From a virus, in the IMG/VR virus record IMGVR_UViG_3300048930_000409, positions 1-64,000 of that record: DNA of 64,000 nt. One strand, given 5' to 3'. The position numbers and the translations under genes were made by a program. Under the pieces are notes generated by a model. The model searched no databases, was not told where the DNA came from, and was given only the letters and a program-made list of their open reading frames with translations. Position 1 is the first letter of the stretch. The number at the start of each line of letters is the position of its first letter. Of the stretch, positions 18,019 through 26,674 are shown piece by piece.

Positions 18019-18280
18019 CCGGCACCCCGGTCCGTACTACGTCCGCGTCGGTTCGCTTGGGTGGCTGGCCTGGGACAAAACGGTCACCGACAGCCCCTTG
18101 CGTTCCGAAGTCGCCGCGTTCGAAGACAAGACAGAGAGCTTGATCGCCGCGATTTCGGCAACCCTTCAGACACGGCAAACCGTGTCGGTGTGTGTGTGGG
18201 CACGTGGAACGCCCACTGCAGGGGACTTACAGGGCTTCATGACGGTGGCGTGGTACACTCCGGGTAAATCGGGGGCTTAG
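17981..18280 (+). CDS. hypothetical protein
   Basis: ORF ends at the edge of the origin-like palindrome; start uncertain. Confidence 0.45.
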   Translation: MSSRLPSVTVGADRHPGPYYVRVGSLGWLAWDKTVTDSPLRSEVAAFEDKTESLIAAISATLQTRQTVSVCVWARGTPTAGDLQGFMTVAWYTPGKSGA

Positions 18281-18530
18281 GGTAAATGGGGACGGAAACT
18301 CTGCATCGCACCCCCCACACACCCCATGTCCCCACCCCGCCATCACCCCTTTCCCTTTCTTCCTTTTTCTAACTTGATGTAAATGTGTAATATATGGAAA
18401 TAAAAAAGAAGAAAGAGATACGGCGTCCGGGCGTGGGGGGTGGGGGCACCGGGGGGGTGGACTCCAGAGATTCCGTCCCCATTTCCCCGAAACACCCGAC
18501 AGACCCGAAGACCCCGAATTCCCCGGACGC
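18260..18530. other. candidate replication origin: large imperfect palindrome, AT-rich core, 9-bp iterons
   Basis: arms aaatggggacggaaactctg (18284-18303) / cagagattccgtccccattt (18465-18484), 19/20 match; AT-rich core ~18350-18420; CCCGA repeats with 9-bp period. Confidence 0.65.
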
Positions 18531-19083
18531 GCCACGGCCCTTCCTGGCCAACGTGGACAAGCACCGGCAACGGTTCCACGGGGGGAAGCTGTTCTTGCGG
18601 GAACTGACCTACGCCATCCAGCTGGACCAAGCTGAAGACAAGCTGGTGCTGCCGAGGTTGCGCCTGGAAGTGCGCGACGACCTGCCCACGTGGGTACCCC
18701 CGCGTCGACGGCGCAGACCCCGGCGGTCGCCCATCCCGAACCTGTCGCGGAAGAAGTACTTGCATTCCGTGCAGCTGAAGCAGTGGATGAAACGCATCAT
18801 CGAAATCCTGGCCGGCGAGCGCCAACACATGCGCGTGCTGCTGGTGCAAGATCCCGAGGCCGCCCCGTTGGAATGGGAGGGTCAGTGTGAGACGTGCGGG
18901 GCGACGTTCTCGGTCCGGGGCATCTGGTCCGACCGGGACCGCTTGCCGGACCTGGGAGGCACGGCGTTCCTGGACAACTGTGGCGCCCCGGACCGCGCCA
19001 TCCTGGAGCGCGTGATCATCCCCAGGAAGTCGCCGCAACGGCGGAATTGGCTCCGCATCAAGCGCATTGCGCCCCGGCGGTAA
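18394..19083 (+). CDS. hypothetical basic protein (true start probably downstream)
   Basis: open frame with Arg tract and CETC; 5' part overlaps the origin-like region. Confidence 0.5.
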   Translation: MEIKKKKEIRRPGVGGGGTGGVDSRDSVPISPKHPTDPKTPNSPDAPRPFLANVDKHRQRFHGGKLFLRELTYAIQLDQAEDKLVLPRLRLEVRDDLPTWVPPRRRRRPRRSPIPNLSRKKYLHSVQLKQWMKRIIEILAGERQHMRVLLVQDPEAAPLEWEGQCETCGATFSVRGIWSDRDRLPDLGGTAFLDNCGAPDRAILERVIIPRKSPQRRNWLRIKRIAPRR

Positions 19084-19112
19084 AAAAACAGGGGGCAGAC
19101 GCCGAATTAGTG

Positions 19113-19141
19113 TTGCAATGCATTTGCTGAGTGTGGACAAT
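19113..19141 (+). promoter_or_regulatory. sigma70-like promoter
   Basis: TTGCAA-17-GACAAT upstream of the histone-like gene. Confidence 0.55.
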
Positions 19142-19214
19142 GGATATCGGCGCGTGGGTCGCATGTAGCGACCACGTAAGGCATCCCCCCTAGGGATCAA
19201 GGAGCACGAACATC

Positions 19215-19748
19215 ATGGCAGTCGAGACCACCCCCACCCGAAAGCTCGGGTCCATCAAGACCGTCGCCAAGAAGGCGGCCCCGGCCCCCGCCCCGAAGAC
19301 CAAGGCCAAGAAGGTCGCCCCGGCCGCCGCGCCCGCCGTCGAGGCCAAGGCCGCCAAGACGCCGGCCGCGCCTCGCGAGCGCAAGACCGAGGGTCCGCGC
19401 GGTGCTCGCGGCATGGTGGGCGTGACGTCCGGCCTGTCCATCGCGGCGTTTCAGAACGAGTTGATGCGGAAGAACTTCCGCGCCAAGCTCACCGACGCGC
19501 AGCTGGCCGAGGCCATGCGCGTGGAGTTCCCGAGCGCCATCGCCTACACCGAGAAGCACGTGGCGGGCATCCGCTCGGGCTACAACACCGGCGCCCGTGG
19601 CAACGAGAAGCCCGACACGCCGCTGCCGCGTTTCGGCGAGGACGGCAAGCCGGTCACGGCGCGTGGCAAGGCGCCCAAGGAGCCCAAGGCCGAGAAGGCC
19701 GAGAAGGCGCCGAAGGCGAAGGTCACGACCAAGACCAAGAAGGGCTAG
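19215..19748 (+). CDS. histone-H1-like putative DNA-binding protein, paralog B
   Basis: KAP-rich termini plus the same KLTDAQL domain as 12935..13504. Confidence 0.75.
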   Translation: MAVETTPTRKLGSIKTVAKKAAPAPAPKTKAKKVAPAAAPAVEAKAAKTPAAPRERKTEGPRGARGMVGVTSGLSIAAFQNELMRKNFRAKLTDAQLAEAMRVEFPSAIAYTEKHVAGIRSGYNTGARGNEKPDTPLPRFGEDGKPVTARGKAPKEPKAEKAEKAPKAKVTTKTKKG

Positions 19749-19782
19749 CGCGGCGGCGTCCTCCGTGACGCGTTGGCACTCG

Positions 19783-19819
19783 ACGGCCGGGATGGACGAA
19801 AGTCCCCCGGCCGTTTGTT
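19783..19819 (+). terminator. intrinsic terminator
   Basis: acggccggg..ggac-GAAA-gtcc..cccggccgt followed by ttgtt. Confidence 0.6.
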
Positions 19820-19833
19820 CAGGGAGATACTCC

Positions 19834-20013
19834 ATGACCCTCGATGAACTGATTACCCAGCTACAGGAACTCCGAGCCGACGCCCCGGAATACGGACCCC
19901 GCGACGTCAAAATCGAGTGGACGTGGATGCAGGCATCCATCGAAGACGTCGATGCTGGAACAGGACGGTTCGGGGACCGTGTCATCGTCATCAAGGCAGA
20001 CGTCGACGAATGA
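19834..20013 (+). CDS. small hypothetical protein
   Basis: MTLDELITQLQ; GGAG SD. Confidence 0.6.
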   Translation: MTLDELITQLQELRADAPEYGPRDVKIEWTWMQASIEDVDAGTGRFGDRVIVIKADVDE

Positions 20014-21446
20014 AAACCTTCTGGCCCCATCAAGAGAAGGCGATGGCCTACGCCGCGCCCCGCGACCGCATCGCGCTGTTCATGGAAATGCGCTGCGGCA
20101 AGACGCCTGTGGCCATCCGCTGGATGCGGAACAAGCTCCCCCAGGGCGGCACGATCCTGGTCCTCGGTCCGACCGAGGTCCTGGACGATTGGATCGACGA
20201 GCTCCGGGACGAGGGCGAGACACGCATCCTGATGGCGGCGGGGATGAAGCCCGCCGACCGCGAGTCCCTGGTCGAAGAGATACGCAGCTACACCGGGTCA
20301 TCGCGTATCTGGGTGCTGTTCAACTACGAGGCCATCCGCGCATCGCAGGCCACGTTCCTCGAACGCGTGCCGACGTGGGACGGCATCATCGCAGACGAGT
20401 CGACCAAGCTCCGGAACCCGAAAGCCAAGACCACAAAGCTGGTCACGAAGCTTGGTGCCCGCGTCCGGTACCGGGCTATCCTGACGGGGTTACCCAATCC
20501 GGAAGGCCCCGAAGACTACTTCAGTCAGTTCGTGTTCCTCAACGGGCAGTTCATGGGGTCCGACAATTTCTGGCTGTGGAGAGAGCGCAAGTTCTTTCAG
20601 CCCGTCGGATTCCAAGCATGGAAGTGGGCCGCCCGTGCGACCACCGTCACCGAGATCAAGACCGAGGTCGCCCGCGAAGCGTTCCGCATGACGCGCAAGC
20701 GGGCCAAGATCGGCGGCGCCCTGCTCCAGAACCGATGGATGGTCGACCCCACCGAAGAGCAGGTCAAGGCGATGAAGTCAGTGATGAAACACTTCAGCGT
20801 CGGCGACCATCAAACGCAGTGGGCCACGGTACGCGACGTGTGGCTGGCCCGCATCGCTGGAGGCTACCTCCCAGAAGCGGGGCCGGTCGATGAGGAGACC
20901 GGTGAGCCGACGACGACGTACCGGATGATCTCGGACCGGAAACATCAGGCATTGTTGAACCGCCTGCAGACGGACTTAAGGGGTGAACCGGTCGTGGTGT
21001 GGTTCCGGTTCAACCGGGAACTGTACGACGTCCAACGCGTCCTGCAGGATGCCGGGATTGATGCGCGGGCGATTACCGGCATGACACCCCGCGTCGACCG
21101 GGTGAAGATCCGCACGGCGTTCAAGGAGGGGAAGTTCAACGTCATTCTCATCCAGCTGGCCACGGGGCTGTATGGGTTGAACCTCTCGAGAGCGTCGACC
21201 GCGATCTACTTCTCCAACAAGTACGATTTGGAAGTGCGCGCGCAATCGCAGGACCGCATCATCCACGGCATGAAGACATCGGCCTCGCACGTCATCGATC
21301 TGGTGTGCCGGGGGTCCATTGACGAGGCCGTCTCCAAGGCGTTGCGGAAGAAGTGGAACAACCAACAGGCCTTCGACATGGCCCTTGCGTCCGAGTGGGG
21401 CGCCCAATTCCAGAGGATGTATGGCAACGCTAAATCGCGACAGTGA
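20010..21446 (+). CDS. SNF2-family (SF2) helicase
   Basis: WPHQ Q-motif, MRCGKT, ADEST, LTGLP, GLNL, QSQDRI. Confidence 0.9.
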   Translation: MKTFWPHQEKAMAYAAPRDRIALFMEMRCGKTPVAIRWMRNKLPQGGTILVLGPTEVLDDWIDELRDEGETRILMAAGMKPADRESLVEEIRSYTGSSRIWVLFNYEAIRASQATFLERVPTWDGIIADESTKLRNPKAKTTKLVTKLGARVRYRAILTGLPNPEGPEDYFSQFVFLNGQFMGSDNFWLWRERKFFQPVGFQAWKWAARATTVTEIKTEVAREAFRMTRKRAKIGGALLQNRWMVDPTEEQVKAMKSVMKHFSVGDHQTQWATVRDVWLARIAGGYLPEAGPVDEETGEPTTTYRMISDRKHQALLNRLQTDLRGEPVVVWFRFNRELYDVQRVLQDAGIDARAITGMTPRVDRVKIRTAFKEGKFNVILIQLATGLYGLNLSRASTAIYFSNKYDLEVRAQSQDRIIHGMKTSASHVIDLVCRGSIDEAVSKALRKKWNNQQAFDMALASEWGAQFQRMYGNAKSRQ

Positions 21447-21996
21447 GTATCACTGGAAGAACTGGCCGGAGCACGACGACGCCTACCCGTGGCTGCTGTC
21501 GGTTGACCCTGGCTTGAACTCGTGCGGGTGGGCGCTGTGGTTCGATGGCCAGCTCGTCAAGGTCGGCGTCGTCAAACCCCGAAGGTCTGGTACACTGGGG
21601 GACCGTATGTCCACCATCCTGAATGCCATTGGAGAGGGGACAGCCGGACATCACACACTCCCGGGAAACAGGTACAAGTTCATCACGTCCGAGCCGCGCA
21701 TCCACTGCGTCATCGAGATGCCGCACTACCAGGAAGGCTCGGCCAAAGGATCGTTTGGCTGGAAAACGGGTGACTTGCAAAAATTGACGTTGCTCGTAGG
21801 ATTCCTGGCGGGGCATGATTGGGGGGCCGTGACATTGGCGACGCCGCGCGATTGGAAAGGCCAATTGCCCAAGGACGTTGTCATTCGTCGGGTGACCGCT
21901 CGACTGGGAAAATCCCGGTGCGAGCAGCTGGACATCAAAGCTGACGCGTGGGATGCGGTCGGCATTGGACTGTGGGCGTTGACGGGAAAGGTGTGA
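21421..21996 (+). CDS. RuvC-like Holliday junction resolvase
   Basis: LLSVDPG...CGWALW, VIEMP, DAWDAVGIG. Confidence 0.8.
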   Translation: MATLNRDSEYHWKNWPEHDDAYPWLLSVDPGLNSCGWALWFDGQLVKVGVVKPRRSGTLGDRMSTILNAIGEGTAGHHTLPGNRYKFITSEPRIHCVIEMPHYQEGSAKGSFGWKTGDLQKLTLLVGFLAGHDWGAVTLATPRDWKGQLPKDVVIRRVTARLGKSRCEQLDIKADAWDAVGIGLWALTGKV

Positions 21997-21999
21997 TAC

Positions 22000-22179
22000 A
22001 TGCCTGAAGAAGAACGAATTCTGCATTTCTACTGGCTGCCTACGAATGCGGTGGCTTGCGGACGTCCGGGGCAGACGCCCATCGCATTCAGTTCGGCATT
22101 GGCCGAGCGCGTGACGTGCGAATCGTGCCGGATGACCGAGCTCTGGAAGTACGTCGCTCGGACGCGGGGTGTCCGGTGA
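22000..22179 (+). CDS. small Zn-finger-like protein (below ORF-track cutoff)
   Basis: 59 aa, H...ACG...VTCESC; GTGA-coupled to next gene. Confidence 0.5.
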   Translation: MPEEERILHFYWLPTNAVACGRPGQTPIAFSSALAERVTCESCRMTELWKYVARTRGVR

Positions 22180-22574
22180 CATGGATCGCGCCGTGGTACC
22201 AGCGCCAGCGTGAGTACCATCGCTCGGCCGAGTGGGGGACCGCCGCCGTCGCACGGGTGAAGTTCGCAGCGGGGGAGGCGTGGTCCGCCGAGGATTACGC
22301 CGACCTGATGCCGCCGATGCCTGATCTGTCGACGCACGCCACGCGTCAGCGGTCCGTCGTTCACATCAGGGACTGGCGGACCGGAGACGTGACGTACATC
22401 TGTCTTGGCGACATGACGGTGGACGCGATTCTGTTTCAGCAAGGAAAGCTGCGGCCCGACCGGACCGCGTTTGATGAAGCCTGGCATACCGCCTACGATC
22501 AGGAGCTCGACTACCGTGCCCAAGTCAGTGCCTACGAAACGCAAACCCACGGCCGCTACGACGGCGCAGGTTGA
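22176..22574 (+). CDS. hypothetical protein
   Basis: coupled ORF. Confidence 0.55.
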   Translation: MTWIAPWYQRQREYHRSAEWGTAAVARVKFAAGEAWSAEDYADLMPPMPDLSTHATRQRSVVHIRDWRTGDVTYICLGDMTVDAILFQQGKLRPDRTAFDEAWHTAYDQELDYRAQVSAYETQTHGRYDGAG

Positions 22575-23571
22575 GGAGGCGTTCTACATTCTGGAACGCG
22601 ACGGCATCACGTTCTCGCTGCTGTCGACGTTCCGCGACTGCCGGTGGAAGGCCCGCAACTACATGAAGGGCATCACAAAGATGTCCATGGGCTTCCCCAT
22701 CGTCTTCGGCAACATCGTCCACGCCGCGCTGGAACACGCCTACCAGGGTGTCCGCGACGGCGAATGGGAGGGAGTCATTCCCCGGCCCGTGTTGGGTAAT
22801 CTGCTTGACACGTTGGAGGGAACGTTCAAGAAGGAAAACCCTCGGATGAATGCCGAGTTGACCCAGGACCTCGAGCTCACCATGCTGATGACACAGCAAG
22901 TGTTGCCCCGGTATTTTTCGTTCTGGTGGGAACGGGATAGCGAGCTCACGTGGCTCGAGACCGAGCAGGAGTTCAAGTTGCCGTGGGCGATCACCTTGCC
23001 TGCGGTGTCGGTGAACGGTATCTGGCAGCCCCGCGTGGTCAAGACGTACTTGCGCGGGAAGATCGACGGGTTGTTCGAGCGTGCGTCCGGGGTCGGGTCG
23101 TTCGAGACCAAGACCAAGGGCCGTGTCGAGCCGGGCAACCTGATGTCCATGTTGCCGTACAATCTGCAAGTCATGATCTACTTGCTGGCGGCCGAGATCC
23201 TGTACGGCAAAACGCCGACGTCAGTGATCTACAACATCGTGCGACGCCCGCAACTGCGACAGAAGCAGTCCGAGAACCTGGCGCAGTTCGCGCAGCGCAT
23301 CGGTGAAGACATCGATGATCGGCCCGACTTCTATTTCATGCGGATCAACATGGACCTCGAGCCGAACGACCTGAAACGGGGTCGGGCGAACCTCGACGAC
23401 TTGCTCCGTGACTTCGTGCTGTGGTGGATCGGCGAGGGCGGGCACTACCCGAACGACAACCACTGCGAAAACAAGTACGGGACGTGCGAGTTTCTGAACT
23501 GGTGCGACGGGAGCATGCGGAACCAGTACTACATCCGGCCGAAAATGTTCAGCGAATTGGGGGACGTATGA
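22474..23571 (+). CDS. Cas4/AddB-like PD-(D/E)xK exonuclease
   Basis: FSLLSTFRDC, GKIDGL, FETKT, Q...Y; C-terminal C..C..C completing a 1+3 Cys cluster. Confidence 0.85.
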   Translation: MKPGIPPTIRSSTTVPKSVPTKRKPTAATTAQVEEAFYILERDGITFSLLSTFRDCRWKARNYMKGITKMSMGFPIVFGNIVHAALEHAYQGVRDGEWEGVIPRPVLGNLLDTLEGTFKKENPRMNAELTQDLELTMLMTQQVLPRYFSFWWERDSELTWLETEQEFKLPWAITLPAVSVNGIWQPRVVKTYLRGKIDGLFERASGVGSFETKTKGRVEPGNLMSMLPYNLQVMIYLLAAEILYGKTPTSVIYNIVRRPQLRQKQSENLAQFAQRIGEDIDDRPDFYFMRINMDLEPNDLKRGRANLDDLLRDFVLWWIGEGGHYPNDNHCENKYGTCEFLNWCDGSMRNQYYIRPKMFSELGDV

Positions 23572-24065
23572 GCAATGAAACGCCCGTGTTGACGAAAGAA
23601 CAGCGAGAGAGATTGACGAGAATCGCTCGCAACTCCATGGTCGGAGGAGACCTCCAAGCGGTACTCGCTGCCCTCACCGCCGCCGAGCAGCAGGTGACGG
23701 AGCTGCGGCGGGAGCGGGCCGACCTTGGCGCTCAACTCTACGCGCAGACCGAGCGGGTCAAGCACCTGCTCGACACCATCGACGTGGAGCGCACTGGGCG
23801 CAAGGAAGCCGAAGCCGCCCGCGACGTCGCGCGGGAGGAGGCCGAAAAGTGGCGCACTGCCGCCCGCGTGCTCTGTGGTGCCCATGTTGGCGTTCCGCAG
23901 GCGACGTGCCCGGTGTGTGACCTCGCAGCCGCGCGGGAGGAGACGGCGAGGCTGAGAGGTGCGCTCGAGTTCTACGCTACTCACCACAGCGGCTACGGCG
24001 CAACGGCCAGAGCTGCCCTCACCCCCACCCCGCCCCAGCCCGCGGCGCGGACGGAGGAGGGGTAG
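23568..24065 (+). CDS. coiled-coil hypothetical protein
   Basis: ends QPAARTEEG within the junction repeat. Confidence 0.6.
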   Translation: MSNETPVLTKEQRERLTRIARNSMVGGDLQAVLAALTAAEQQVTELRRERADLGAQLYAQTERVKHLLDTIDVERTGRKEAEAARDVAREEAEKWRTAARVLCGAHVGVPQATCPVCDLAAAREETARLRGALEFYATHHSGYGATARAALTPTPPQPAARTEEG

Positions 24066-24281
24066 ATGACAGTTGTAACGATTGATTGCGGCGGCGGTTG
24101 CCGCTACGAGGTGCCTGTGTATCTCATCGCTGAAGTGCATCACGGCTTTGGCGGATGGGGCTCCAGTGGCGTACGCCGCGTGACGCTCACGACCGGCAAG
24201 GTGTACACCGAAGTCGAGAACCTCGATGAGATTCGACGTGCCATCGCCGAAGCACCGGAGCCCCCGGCGGTGCCCCGATGA
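24066..24281 (+). CDS. hypothetical protein
   Basis: starts within the junction repeat. Confidence 0.6.
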   Translation: MTVVTIDCGGGCRYEVPVYLIAEVHHGFGGWGSSGVRRVTLTTGKVYTEVENLDEIRRAIAEAPEPPAVPR

Positions 24282-24649
24282 CCCGCGAAGCCGCCCAGTC
24301 CGCGGCCCGCGCCCTGCTCGACGCGATGGCGGGGACGACGCCAAAGGGATGCTCTTACACAGCCCCGACATTCGGCGCGAATTACCCGGATGGCGTGTGT
24401 GTCGAGGGCTACTTGTGGGATGCCGACTCCGGCGACTCAGACGGAGATGGATGGGTTTACACGAGCGGCGGAGAGATCCCGTGCCCGTTCTGTAACCGAG
24501 GCGCGGCCATCGAGGCGTGCGCGGAGGAGATGGCTTTCGACAGCCCGAACGAGCGCCACAGGTCGCACCACTTCAGGAAGCGGGCCGAGAAGCGCATCGA
24601 CACGCACCTGCACGACATGCAGCTTCGCTACGGACCGTTCAGGCGATGA
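24278..24649 (+). CDS. hypothetical protein with CPFC motif
   Basis: FGANYPDG.C.EGYLWDADS...IPCPFCN. Confidence 0.65.
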   Translation: MTREAAQSAARALLDAMAGTTPKGCSYTAPTFGANYPDGVCVEGYLWDADSGDSDGDGWVYTSGGEIPCPFCNRGAAIEACAEEMAFDSPNERHRSHHFRKRAEKRIDTHLHDMQLRYGPFRR

Positions 24650-24722
24650 CAACCAAATACATCGCCCGCGCCTGCCCCGCCCGCCTCGGGCCGGTGCTGC
24701 GGGCGCTGATGGGGAGGACTAG

Positions 24723-24947
24723 ATGAGCACCGTTGTGATCAACCCGAACGACACCGCGGATGCCGTTAAGCGAAGGTATCAGGCAGTGTACGGCGAGGAC
24801 GCCTACGACCGCCTTGGCGACGATGAAGACGCGTGCCAGGACGAACCATACGGGTATCGGGCGCGTCTGCTGGCGAAGGCGCACGCGTTGCTCCACCGCG
24901 AAGAAGGCCGAAGCATGTACGGAGAGCCGCCCGAGGCCCCTCGATGA
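24723..24947 (+). CDS. hypothetical protein
   Basis: GGAGG SD. Confidence 0.55.
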   Translation: MSTVVINPNDTADAVKRRYQAVYGEDAYDRLGDDEDACQDEPYGYRARLLAKAHALLHREEGRSMYGEPPEAPR

Positions 24948-25009
24948 CCCGCCCACCCGACTTCGACTTGGGGACGGCGGAGGGGATTGCGCGGACGGAG
25001 GAGGGGTAG

Positions 25010-25240
25010 ATGGCCTGCACAGGAATCTCCGCATCGTGGTGCCCTGAGTGTGGCAACTGCACCTGCCCATACGACGAGGCGGTCGGCTACATCGGCGACA
25101 GGGACACGCCAGGATGCCCGCTCCATGACCCGAACTCGCCGCACGCCGAGTGGAAGTTCTTCTGCGGTTTGGAGCAGGCCGAGTCAATGCCGCCACTGGT
25201 AATGCGAAACCAGCCCGCGGCGCGGACGGAGGAGGGGTAG
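25010..25240 (+). CDS. small Cys/His-rich protein
   Basis: bounded by two junction repeats. Confidence 0.6.
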   Translation: MACTGISASWCPECGNCTCPYDEAVGYIGDRDTPGCPLHDPNSPHAEWKFFCGLEQAESMPPLVMRNQPAARTEEG

Positions 25241-25528
25241 ATGAGTTCTTGGATACAGCATGTCTCGCGACCGGCGCCGCACGTCCCAGTGCCGTGCTCG
25301 TATTGCTCGACGCCTGCGATGTCGCGCACATCGAACTGTGTCTCATGCGGCGGGCCCTTGGTGTGGCCCGACATCGTCGAGGAATACATCGAGCGCCGCA
25401 TCGACATCAGCCGTGATATTCTCGACGTGACGAGCATGGGTGACACGTTTCAGACGTTTCAAGTAGGAAAAAAAACCGCCATTTTGTCAGAAACCATCGT
25501 GCGGTCGTCTGTGCAAAAAACCAGTTGA
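25241..25528 (+). CDS. Zn-ribbon hypothetical protein
   Basis: CSYC...CVSCG. Confidence 0.55.
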   Translation: MSSWIQHVSRPAPHVPVPCSYCSTPAMSRTSNCVSCGGPLVWPDIVEEYIERRIDISRDILDVTSMGDTFQTFQVGKKTAILSETIVRSSVQKTS

Positions 25529-25553
25529 CGCAGGGTGTGGCATGTTCCATGAT
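25525..25553 (+). promoter_or_regulatory. sigma70-like promoter of the nucleotide-modification operon
   Basis: TTGACG-17-CATGAT. Confidence 0.7.
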
Positions 25554-25560
25554 GGTGTTC

Positions 25561-25673
25561 CACCGGGCGGGGAAACACGCAGTGGATGGGCACGCGGACG
25601 GTCCTCGAGGCACTCCGATACCCACGACCTGATGATGCCCGCCCGGTGACTGTTCGAGATACTCGAGGACTTC
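25561..25673 (+). promoter_or_regulatory. structured 5' leader (riboswitch-like candidate)
   Basis: 11-bp stem 25561-25571/25638-25648; crossing 9-bp pairing 25601-25609/25662-25670 covers the SD. Confidence 0.45.
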
Positions 25674-26531
25674 GTGAACTATACTGAAGAGATCGTCATC
25701 ATCGGCGGCGGCATGGTCGGGCGCGTAGCCCAGCGATACATGCCGGATGCCTTGATTCTGGATTGGGGGCCGCCCCCGGTCGCCACGCCCCGGCCACAGA
25801 CGTACGGCGCTATCTACTGGTGGGAGCCAGTTGCCGACCTGCCGTGTGTCCAGTTCCAGGTCCTGACCACCATCGACGGCGAGACGCCCACCCCCGAGGG
25901 CATTCGCGCGTACAAGGAACGCGTGGGCAAGGGATTCGAGGTCCAGACCCGGCCCGATGCCGTCGCCCGGCAGTTCCAGCCGCTGTCGCACGGGTATGCG
26001 CCGACGTCGTTCCCAGCGCCGTCCCGCATCATGTACCGCGCCAGAGTCGAGCGTATCGACCCCGACGTCCGCATGCTGCACATGGTGAACGGGGACACGT
26101 ACCTGTACACACACCTGGTGTCGACTATCCCGCTGCCGGCGCTGCTGAAGATGCTGCCGTTCGACGCCGTCGATCAGTTCGAGCATATGGAGTTCCGGTC
26201 GCGCCCCATCTTTGTCACGGTTGCTCCTGACGACCATGAAGCCCGCACCGTGCTCCAGGTCAACTACTCGACGACGGGCAATGCTTACCGCGAGACGCGG
26301 CATCTGGACGGGTCCACCCATCGGGAGTATGCTTCGGCGCCGATGTACACCGAGTTGCCCGTGAAAAAGCTGGTGCCGGGGCGCATCTACGACGCTTTGC
26401 AATCCGCCGAACTGTTGCTGCACCTGCGTGGGATGGCCATCCACAGCTTCGGCCGCTATGGTCGGTGGGACTCGGACGAGTTGCTGCACATGACCGACGC
26501 CCAGCTCCGGACGTTCGCGTCACTTCTCTAG
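25674..26531 (+). CDS. FAD-dependent oxidoreductase (UDP-galactopyranose-mutase/PPO-like)
   Basis: IIGGGMVG Rossmann motif, LVSTIPL, C-terminal GRYGRW. Confidence 0.75.
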   Translation: MNYTEEIVIIGGGMVGRVAQRYMPDALILDWGPPPVATPRPQTYGAIYWWEPVADLPCVQFQVLTTIDGETPTPEGIRAYKERVGKGFEVQTRPDAVARQFQPLSHGYAPTSFPAPSRIMYRARVERIDPDVRMLHMVNGDTYLYTHLVSTIPLPALLKMLPFDAVDQFEHMEFRSRPIFVTVAPDDHEARTVLQVNYSTTGNAYRETRHLDGSTHREYASAPMYTELPVKKLVPGRIYDALQSAELLLHLRGMAIHSFGRYGRWDSDELLHMTDAQLRTFASLL

Positions 26532-26539
26532 GAGACATC

Positions 26540-26674
26540 ATGAAGATACTTCGTGCCCTTTGGCGCCTGATCGTCAGCGACGACAAGCCATTCAGTCAGG
26601 AATGGATGGATTCCCTCAAGTACGACCGCCAGGGATGGGCGGACGCCCCCTCATGGAAGAGGCTGGGACGATGA
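26540..26674 (+). CDS. small hypothetical protein
   Basis: AGGAG SD, ATGA-coupled. Confidence 0.5.
   Translation: MKILRALWRLIVSDDKPFSQEWMDSLKYDRQGWADAPSWKRLGR

Larger units (their letters stand above)
24035..25244 (+). repeat. direct repeats spanning SD-stop-start junctions (3 copies)
   Basis: ccagcccgcggcgcggacggaggaggggtagatga identical at 24035-24069 and 25210-25244; 24-bp part at 24989-25012. Confidence 0.9.

Noticed and set aside
22474-23571. CRISPR-Cas system suggested by the Cas4-like gene
   Set aside because: No cas1/cas2 and no repeat-spacer array; solo Cas4-like exonucleases are ordinary phage recombination genes
24035-25244. 35-bp repeats as a CRISPR array or att sites
   Set aside because: Spacing is irregular and gene-sized, the repeats encode gene junctions, and no integrase is present
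25548-25640. Fluoride riboswitch (GATGGTGTTC...CTGATGATGCC)
   Set aside because: P1 cannot form properly, the 5' part overlaps the predicted -10 box, and the downstream genes are unrelated
25561-25648. Hammerhead ribozyme (GAAAC and CTGATGA both present)
   Set aside because: No UH cleavage site between plausible stems III and I, and two extra nucleotides before stem II
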